Source: Octopus sinensis (Eukaryota). Taken from it: 7,904 nucleotides of DNA. Positions 1-7,132 of the stretch are shown here, piece by piece; the stretch's first letter is position 1, and each line of letters starts with the position of its first letter. The notes under the pieces are model-generated. The model did not search any database and was not told where the DNA came from. It worked only from the letters and a program-made list of their open reading frames with translations. The position numbers and the translations under genes were made by a program. The stretch covers positions 1 through 7,904 of the forward strand of contig NW_021828551.1 of NCBI RefSeq assembly GCF_006345805.1, read 5' to 3'.

Positions 1-85
1 TTTTCCTGAGCGCCATACTAATACAATTGTTCGTTTGTTTTCCACCTGCCTTCGTCTTTTGTTTATTTTCATAAAGCTTCCCGTT
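1..85. mobile_element. Truncated fragment of a dispersed repeat ending in ...AAAGCTTCCCGTT directly at a (TA)n tract; possibly the tail of a Penelope-associated element
   Basis: Complex sequence cut by the window edge that ends abruptly at (TA)n at 86. It resembles from memory a common octopus repeat (not searched). It shares AATACAATT and a CTT..CCCGTT end with the sequence downstream of the hammerhead-like motif at 4911-4966. Confidence 0.35.
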
Positions 86-561
86 ATATATATATATATA
101 TATACACGTGTGTGTGAATATATATATATATATACATATATGTATGTCTCTATATCTGTCTATCTCTCTATATCTCTCTCTCTCTTTCTCTCTCTCTCTA
201 TATATATATAATATACACACACACTCACAGAAGTTTATATATATTCACATAATACATACATGTTTGTATGTATGTGTGTGTGTGTATATATATATATATA
301 TGTATACATGCATATACATACATTTACAAAGATATGCATTATATGTATCTGTATGTATATACATATATGTATGTAAACTTTTCTAGCTATTTATATGCAT
401 ACACACAATTAAACCCAACGACAGATGTAATATATATATATATATATATATCCTTACATATGTAGTACATATATTATGCGAATGTGTCTCGTGGTATATA
501 AACGTATATATATATATAAATATATATATACATTATATATATAATATATATTATATATATT

Positions 562-605
<44 letters not shown>
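86..605. repeat. Compound microsatellite: (TA)n, (CT)n, (CA)n, (TG)n, (TACA/TATG)n
   Basis: Visible tandem di- and tetranucleotide tracts with short degenerate interruptions. Confidence 0.95.
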
Positions 606-608
<3 letters not shown>

Positions 609-619
609 GTCTATCTACC

Positions 620-775
620 CATAAGCGGGCACACAAATATATACAAAAGCACAAACACATATTTTCGGCGATTTTCTACTACATCCCCTTACAATATATT
701 TGGTAACTTAGGGCAAGACTAGAAAACAATTAACTGTTGTGTCGCTCAGTGGGAATGAACTTAGAAACCACAGAC
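620..775 (-). mobile_element. Degenerate tRNA-derived SINE copy (octopus-type), minus strand
   Basis: The minus strand reads TGGTTTCTAAGTTCATTCCCACTGAGCGACAC...TTGTTTTCTAGTCTTGCCC...TTGTAAGGGGATGTAGTAGAAAAT followed by a TG-rich tail. This is collinear with my recollection of an abundant octopus SINE (GGTTC....CCCACTG.G..GCACCTTGGGCAAGTGTCTTCT...TTGTGAGTGGATTTGGTAGAC). Not verified by search. Confidence 0.45.
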
Positions 776-839
776 TCGCCAGGACTCATATATTGAATAT
801 TTATTAAAACAACCCCACCTTTTCACTCTTCAAGCAGGC

Positions 840-907
840 ATACACACGCACAGGTACGCTCACACACACAAACAGACAGACACACATACATACATGTATG
901 TATGTGT
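840..907. repeat. (CA)n/(CAGA)n/(TACA)n/(TATG)n microsatellite
   Basis: Visible tandem repeats. Confidence 0.85.
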
Positions 908-984
908 TTGAAAGTTTTGGTTTGCTACGGGGTATGTATAAAGAAATAATGAAATACTTCGATTAATGCAGCTCTTTGTAATAT

Positions 985-1120
985 TAACAGGCAGTTCTAC
1001 GTCTTTATATTTCGAAGATGAATTAATTACTGGAGGTTATTGAGTTTATTCACCAACTCGATTTAAACCGAAACCCACCCAGTCTATGATCTCGTATGGC
1101 CCAAAATTTCAATCATTTGA
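985..1120 (+). mobile_element. Possible highly eroded SINE 3' fragment
   Basis: Loose resemblance (…ATTTCGAAGATGAATTAATTACTGGAGG…GGCCCAAAATTTCAATCATT) to a remembered cephalopod SINE tail; heavily diverged and unverified. Confidence 0.2.
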
Positions 1121-1197
1121 TCTTATTAGAATTACTTTTTCTCTTTGTTCTTCCTATCTTGTATTTTTTTCTCGCGATGAATTGTTTTTCAGTATAT

Positions 1198-1312
1198 CAG
1201 TGTAGTTAAAGAGCTCCCGTAGTTCCAGCTTATGACCCAGCTCGCGGCATCTTGGGCCAGTATCTTCATCAATGCGTTGAGTGAATTTAGTATACAAAAC
1301 TCGTCGTATGTA
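1198..1312 (+). mobile_element. Degenerate, internally deleted tRNA-derived SINE copy (same family as 620-775)
   Basis: The motifs GTGTAGTTAAAGAGCT, GCGGCATCTTGGGCCAGTATCTTC, TTGAGTGAATTTAGTATAC and CTCGTCGTATGTATATA occur in the order expected for that SINE and run straight into a (TA)n tail. Family match is from memory only. Confidence 0.55.
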
Positions 1313-1454
1313 TATATAATTATATATTATATATCTGTATGAAAGTATATATATATATATATAATATATGTGTGGTGTGTGTGTGTGTGTGTGTGTGGTA
1401 TATATAAATACATATATATATATATATATATTATAATATATATTATATATATAT
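1306..1454. repeat. (TA)n/(TG)n compound microsatellite
   Basis: Visible tandem repeats. Confidence 0.95.
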
Positions 1455-1781
1455 AACGGAATCGTACGTACTGTTAACTGTTTACCTCTTGTTCTTTCTC
1501 AGTCGAAAAACATCTGTTGTTATATTCTTGCTTGTATTTGTAATTGTGTACCATATTCTCCGTTTTTTGTCTTTCTTGCTGTACACATTCGCTAGCTTTC
1601 TTAGACTTTTTGAGGGGCAACCAGATTGAATTGTCTCAAGTGTATCTGTCCGAAACAGTATGAACTACTGGTAACTGTCCTTCTAATTGTTGCTTCTCCT
1701 GTCCGCCTTTGTGTCCTCAATCTGTCCGAATGTTTTATTGTAACATATATAACGTTACATTTATGTATTCGTTTTGCAAGG

Positions 1782-2224
1782 TTCCTGATATGAATTCGTG
1801 TGTTGAAACAAATATTCTTATATTTTTGGGACGGTAATTTTTTTATTTGCCAAATAAACACACGCACTGTATATTATTTTCTCACTTCAGGTTTATTATT
1901 GTTTTTATTTAATGTCCTTTGTCCGGAAATCCTGTCAATTCTTCCCCAACACTCCATCACACGTGTCTTCTGTATTATTTAGTCCATTTAGCTCATTCAG
2001 AAAAGACAGAATGGACTAAACAGGAGACACGTGGGATGGACGACCGTTGAAGAGGCCACAAGATGAACAACGAAAGATTTCCAGACAAACGACTTAAAAT
2101 AAGAACAATAAGAAATCTGAAATAAGGAAGGAATATACAGCGCGTGTATTTATTTGGCAAAAAAAATGGCCATCCCGAAATATAGCAATATATTACGTTC
2201 CACAATGCAAAGCAGCATCTGGAG
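1782..2224. repeat. Long imperfect inverted repeat: arms about 1782-1988 and 2010-2224, 21-nt loop
   Basis: 1846-1933 aligns without gaps to the reverse complement of 2074-2161 at 73/88 by manual count. TTTAGTCCATT (1978-1988) pairs with AATGGACTAAA (2010-2020). The CCATC.CACGTGTCT block is present in both arms. Confidence 0.92.
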
Positions 2225-2403
2225 TCTGTGAATAAGAATTCACACGATCATGAAATTTTAATTTCAAATTAAAATGCTAATTTTAGTTGTTCAGTTGAAA
2301 TCTTATATTTAGTGTTTCTCAGCATAGAAGTGTAATCTTGTTGCCAGTGTTGGTTCTGTGCTTTTTAAGTATCTTCTATTTCTTATTTGTTTCTCTATCA
2401 TTT

Positions 2404-2446
2404 CTGGGTATCAGATGACATTGGTATGAAAACGTTTTTACCTTAG
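2404..2446 (+). ncRNA. Possible decayed hammerhead-like motif
   Basis: CAGATGA, 9 nt, GAAA, then a palindromic AAAACGTTTT, flanked by complementary GGTA/TACC. Several core defects. Confidence 0.15.
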
Positions 2447-3206
2447 GCCCTTCATCATTTTAAATACTAAAAGAATATATAAGGGGATCACATAGATCTG
2501 TTTATCTGTGGTAATGTTGATGAAATAACTCCTTTGAATTATATCAAGGTTTATCGCCACAACAATACGGCCCTTTCCGTAGGAGTCGATTTTGCTACCG
2601 GTAGTAACGTCGATTCATACGGACCAGACATGTTGAAATGGCGGTAAACATTACTACTCAGTATAGCTACTAATTTCATATGTTATAGAGACTGTCTAAC
2701 TAGCTACTCTGCTTATATCAGGGTTCCAACTCTGTTCGTCCTCTAGCTATGTTTTCTCTGGTCTACCATAGAGCAAACAGAGAGAGACTATGTAGTTGTT
2801 TCATTCTAAGACTTCACATATCCTTCAAGCCGGATCCTTCTTGTATTTTTCTCAAAACAGTACTTTAGCTACATTCAATTCCATTCAACGTCGGCCCAGA
2901 TTAACTAACTCAAGTAACACTGCAGGCGATCACTACTGGTGTTGACTGGCAGCCATTAAAAACTGAACTTTCACTGCATTGATTTCACTAGAAGGGGAGG
3001 GGCTGTGAGTAGAATTATTACCCCGCCAACGAAAGACAGTGCCATTACGTTCTATCCTCCATTGCTACCAAACACTGAGAGAAACCTTTTTATAAACATG
3101 CCTCTGACAACACGTATCAATCTTCAAATTCATAAACACTATGTAAGAAGCTATTCATACGTTCTATTGTTCTACAGTTTTCTTTCGAATGCCGAGCTGC
3201 ATGCCA

Positions 3207-3263
3207 ATATATATACACATACATACATACATGCATACATACATACATGCATACATACATACA

Positions 3264-3306
<43 letters not shown>

Positions 3307-3454
3307 ATTAGATTATATATATAATATATATATATATAGTATATATATACATACATACATATATATATATAATATATATATATATATCTGTGTATATGTA
3401 TGCATAAACATACGTAATATACGTGTACAAGTATACATATATGCATGTGTGAAA

Positions 3455-3493
<39 letters not shown>

Positions 3494-3605
3494 TATATAT
3501 ATATATACTTATGTATGCATGTATAATATATATGAGATATATATATATTTATGTATGCATGTATATATATATTATATATATTAATATATATATATATATA
3601 CATAT

Positions 3606-3636
<31 letters not shown>

Positions 3637-3670
3637 ATATATATATGCATGTATATATATATATATGTAT
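3207..3670. repeat. Compound microsatellite: (TACA)n, (CA)n, (TA)n, (TATG)n
   Basis: Visible tandem repeats. Confidence 0.95.
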
Positions 3671-3769
3671 GGACGTACACCACATGCGCCGCGCCTACAT
3701 ATATTCACTTCCCTTTTTATTCTTCTTATGACGCTAACTTTCTTCTTTTCTTTCTTTTTACAATCTTCA

Positions 3770-4440
3770 ACAGAGAGAAAGAGCCAAAAAATAAAATAAA
3801 AAATATACAACAAAACAAAACAAGTAAACAAACAGACCAACCCCCCACCCACCAAAAAATAATCAATAAATTCTCAAGCAACAAAACGAAAGTGTAACAC
3901 ATGAAGTGGTTTATGAATAGACGAAAACAATGGACAGACGTGTTCAAAGAAGGAAAATAGAGGAAAGAAAAAAAGAAAAATACTATATCAAATAAGAATA
4001 AAAAAATAAAAGTGGAGGAGGAGAAGGAAAATGAGACAAGAACAAAACAAAACAAACAAACTGTGAAAGAACTAACAAAAAAACAAAAGAATTGGTAAGA
4101 GCAATGGCTATTGCAATATGAATGAGGACGAATCTTAGCTGATGGCCATCGTCGTCAAAATTGAAGAAATCAATGGAAAAGATTATGTTGAGTATGTGTC
4201 AATAAGATTGGAGTACATATTGAGTACACCTGAATCTGTGTTACTAAAAAGAAGCAAAAAAAAAAAAAAATTAATAAAAATAAAAAGTTGAATGTAAAAT
4301 GTAGCAAAAAAATAAAGCTGGCAAATAGAACGAGTGATTGTATGCAAAGACGACACACGGACAATGGAAGAGTTGTATGTGTTTGAATGTTAAAAAAAAA
4401 AAATCAGAACCAAAAAAAAAAAAAATCGAAAGAGAAATCT
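3770..4440. repeat. A-rich low-complexity region with (AAAAC)n-like units and poly(A) runs
   Basis: Many A runs, the longest at 4256-4270, plus AAAAC/AAAC units around 3810-3835 and 4040-4090. Confidence 0.7.
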
Positions 4441-4592
4441 ATATAACAGGTTGTTTTAAATGTAGAGAATGGTTGAGTTGAAAGGTCATTTGATGGTGAT
4501 GTCTGTGTGTCAAACATCGCTTGATATAACATGGTGCGGATTGTTACTGTAGAAACGACAACGACAAAAAGGAAGAGACACAGCATAAATGC

Positions 4593-4623
4593 CAACAACA
4601 ACAACAACAGCAGCAGCAATAAT
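4593..4623. repeat. (CAA)5(CAG)3 trinucleotide tract
   Basis: Visible. Confidence 0.85.
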
Positions 4624-4794
4624 GACAACTTAGGTACAGTTTGGCGTGAAAAAAGATAATTCTTTTTTTCCTTTCCATGTTGAGATTTCAATGTCGGAGG
4701 AGCGCAAACATTGAAGCGCAAACAACGCACCGACGTACATACATACCTATACACAAATAACTACACACGCAAACATACATACTCACAGATGGAC

Positions 4795-4816
4795 TCACCA
4801 ACACACACCAAACACA

Positions 4817-4890
<74 letters not shown>

Positions 4891-4893
4891 CTA
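4795..4893. repeat. (CA)n followed by (TA)n
   Basis: Visible. Confidence 0.95.
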
Positions 4894-4969
4894 TAAGTAT
4901 AGTAACAAAAAACGGGAGGAAGACTTTTAATATATTTTTTATATATTTTATAAGTGAAATTGTATTGTC

Positions 4970-4994
4970 GACCGGTTTCGCTTTCGCTAATCAT
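4970..4994 (-). ncRNA. Minimal hammerhead-ribozyme-like motif (Penelope-like-element type), variant core, stem I missing
   Basis: The minus strand reads ATGATTA-GC-GAAA-GC-GAAA-CCG-GTC. This comprises a CUGANGA-like box, a 2-bp stem II with GAAA tetraloop, a GAAA box, a palindromic stem III (ACCGGT) and a GUC cleavage triplet. Confidence 0.55.
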
Positions 4995-5017
4995 TATATA
5001 TATATATATATATATAT
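4995..5017. repeat. (TA)n
   Basis: Visible; it abuts the 5' side of the hammerhead-like core. Confidence 0.95.
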
Positions 5018-5104
5018 GCGGTGGTTTTTGATAAGCAGCGTCGTCTTTTACAATTCTGTAAATAATAATAACAGTATCTTTTAAGCTGGAAGCTTATAAA
5101 CGAT

Positions 5105-5158
5105 CACCGTGAAAGGTGTGGGTTCGAGGCCCACGCGTACGGGAAAACCATTTTCCGT
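5105..5158 (+). mobile_element. tRNA T-arm / Pol III B-box remnant, probably a SINE head
   Basis: GTGGG-TTCGAGG-CCCAC (5118-5134) forms a 5-bp stem with a 7-nt loop and contains GGTTCGANNCC. No clear A box, D arm or acceptor stem, so this is not an intact tRNA. Confidence 0.5.
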
Positions 5159-5192
5159 CGTTTTATGTTCTCCGTTATTAGACTAGTATCTT

Positions 5193-5770
5193 TAGTCATT
5201 GCACGGAGATCACTTATAAGCTTCAGTCTAGGACGAATGCTGCCGTTGATTAGATCCAATAGGACTTCGCCTCTAGCTAGCTATGTGACACGCGAACCTG
5301 TGTCCATTATAACATTCGTACAGGGGAGGTCAGCAGCTTCTCCTTGCTGGTCTGGCATCTACAGACATATTTCAGGGTATTTGCCCTTTATCAATGTAGA
5401 GTAACCGAACCCAGCAGGTGTCGCTCCTGACCATCTCTTCGAAGGATTATTTACCTAAATTCAGTGGAATACATCCATTGGTTTTCAAAAATAGAAATAT
5501 TAATATTTCTAAATCTCTCTAAAGGAGAATGCTGACGTTGATTAACTCCGAGAGGCAACGCTACTCTACATTGATTAAGAGCAAATACCCCGAAACTAGT
5601 CTGTAGATGCCAGACCAGCAAGGGGAAAATGCACACCCCATTCGAAGGTTATAAAAGACACAGTTTCCTGTGTCACATAGCTAGCTAGAGACGATGGCCT
5701 CTTGGAGCTAATCAACGGCAGAATTCGACCTATTTTCCTGGACTGCCGTGTTAGCTTGGCGATAACTATT
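5193..5770. repeat. Long imperfect inverted repeat: core arms 5230-5403 and 5562-5731, 158-nt spacer; MITE/fold-back-like
   Basis: By manual count, 5230-5318 matches the reverse complement of 5643-5731 at 76/89, and 5342-5403 matches the reverse complement of 5562-5623 at 56/62. There is a perfect 25-mer, CCTTGCTGGTCTGGCATCTACAGAC. Patchy similarity extends to about 5193 and 5770. Confidence 0.92.
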
Positions 5771-5794
5771 AATATATATATATATATATATATC
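5771..5794. repeat. (TA)n
   Basis: Visible. Confidence 0.9.
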
Positions 5795-6129
5795 AATATC
5801 AATAATACAGTGATTGTTTCTTGTCAGGAACAAAAAGATTAATAGAACTGCTATAGAAGTGCTCTATTGAAAGAGACAAATATATCAAACTAAAGTTATT
5901 GAACAAACAGATGCAAGGTCATCCGCATAGCATTTCATAATTCGAACATTTAATCATAGAATATACATATAAACATCCCACAAGATGGAAGATAATTCAT
6001 CTGTACAAGCATATAAGCATATAATAATAATAAGGTGCGAGAAAAAAAATTTCATCACAGTTTAGAGTTAATACTTTAGCGATTCAGAAAAATACATTTT
6101 TTTAAAAAAACATTACAACACATAGAAAG

Positions 6130-6182
6130 TAAAAATATAATATAAAGTAATATAAAAATATATAGGTATATAAAATATATAA

Positions 6183-6243
<61 letters not shown>

Positions 6244-6388
6244 GGAGCATATAAAAAATATATAATATATAATCATGTAAATAAAATAAAAATTCATCGT
6301 TTAGAAATCTTATAAAATTATTATTCAAGTAAGAGAAGCCTTATATAGGTATATATATAATATATATATATATATTATATATATATAT

Positions 6389-6429
<41 letters not shown>

Positions 6430-6442
6430 ATATATATAATAT
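6130..6442. repeat. Degenerate AT-rich tract with (TA)n and (CA)n
   Basis: Visible; interrupted by an AT-rich non-repetitive stretch at about 6270-6345. Confidence 0.9.
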
Positions 6443-6705
6443 ATGGAGTGAGAATGTGTTCACTACAAGGAATATTGGCGTTGGTAATAAAACGCCAAAC
6501 ATGCTGACACCAATCAATTTGTCCCGAAGAGAAACAACTTGAAAGTCTGAGAAATTTTGTAGTTGGAACCTTTACTATTCCTAGGAAATGGTAAAAACAT
6601 CCAATACACAAAAACAAGGAAAAAAAAACAAATGCAAAAGAATTAAAATATCAAAAAAATTGATAATTAAAGTTCTTATAGTTTACAATCCAGGTTACTA
6701 AACAA

Positions 6706-6770
6706 CTTCTCTCTCCTTCTTATCTTCATCTTTCTTCGTCTCTCTGTTTTTCTCACTCTCACTCTCTTTA

Positions 6771-6821
<51 letters not shown>

Positions 6822-6987
6822 GTCTCTATGTGTGTGTGTATAGGTATACATACATATATATATGTATACTTATATATATGTGTGTGTGTGTGAGTTTATA
6901 TATAAACATATATATATATATATGTATATGTTTACATACATATATTTGTGTGTGTACGTGCTTGTGTATTTGTGTGTATGTGTCTGT

Positions 6988-7069
<82 letters not shown>

Positions 7070-7085
7070 GTATATATAATATATA

Positions 7086-7132
<47 letters not shown>

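Noticed and set aside
108-660. ORFs rich in I/Y/C/V/H/T (108-386, 268-465, 454-660)
   Set aside because: Translations of TA/TG/CA microsatellites, which lack stop codons in those frames.
1601-1867. 88-aa minus-strand ORF whose end (IHLRQFNLVAPQKV) vaguely recalls a GIY-YIG C-terminus
   Set aside because: No GIY/YIG motifs or other conserved residues; it overlaps a non-coding repeat arm.
1800-2205. Two similar short ORFs on opposite strands (1800-1982, 1993-2205)
   Set aside because: The similarity is a by-product of the inverted repeat, and the frames shift relative to each other.
2255-2275. Interrupted palindrome ATTTTAATTT-C-AAATTAAAAT
   Set aside because: Pure A/T arms in AT-rich DNA; plausible by chance with no supporting context.
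3005-4055. The longest ORFs in the track (109-180 aa)
   Set aside because: Mostly microsatellite or poly-A/T read-through. The non-repetitive start of 3005-3526 begins at GTG and resembles no family I know.
4142-4291. 49-aa ORF MAIVVKIEEINGKDYVEYVSIRLEYILSTPESVLLKRSKKKKKLIKIKS
   Set aside because: Protein-like start but short, runs into poly(A), no good acceptor and no recognisable homology.
4701-4775. Three CGCAAACA words (forkhead-like RYAAAYA)
   Set aside because: They lie in decaying (CA)-rich sequence where such words arise readily.
5650-5682. Minus-strand CTATGTGA-CACAG-GAAAC-TGT-GTC as a hammerhead
   Set aside because: No CUGANGA box; better explained as a simple 7-bp hairpin with a GAAA loop.
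6475-6498. 8-bp hairpin TTGGCGTT-GGTAATAA-AACGCCAA
   Set aside because: Isolated, with no U tract or other context; bacterial-type terminators are not relevant here.
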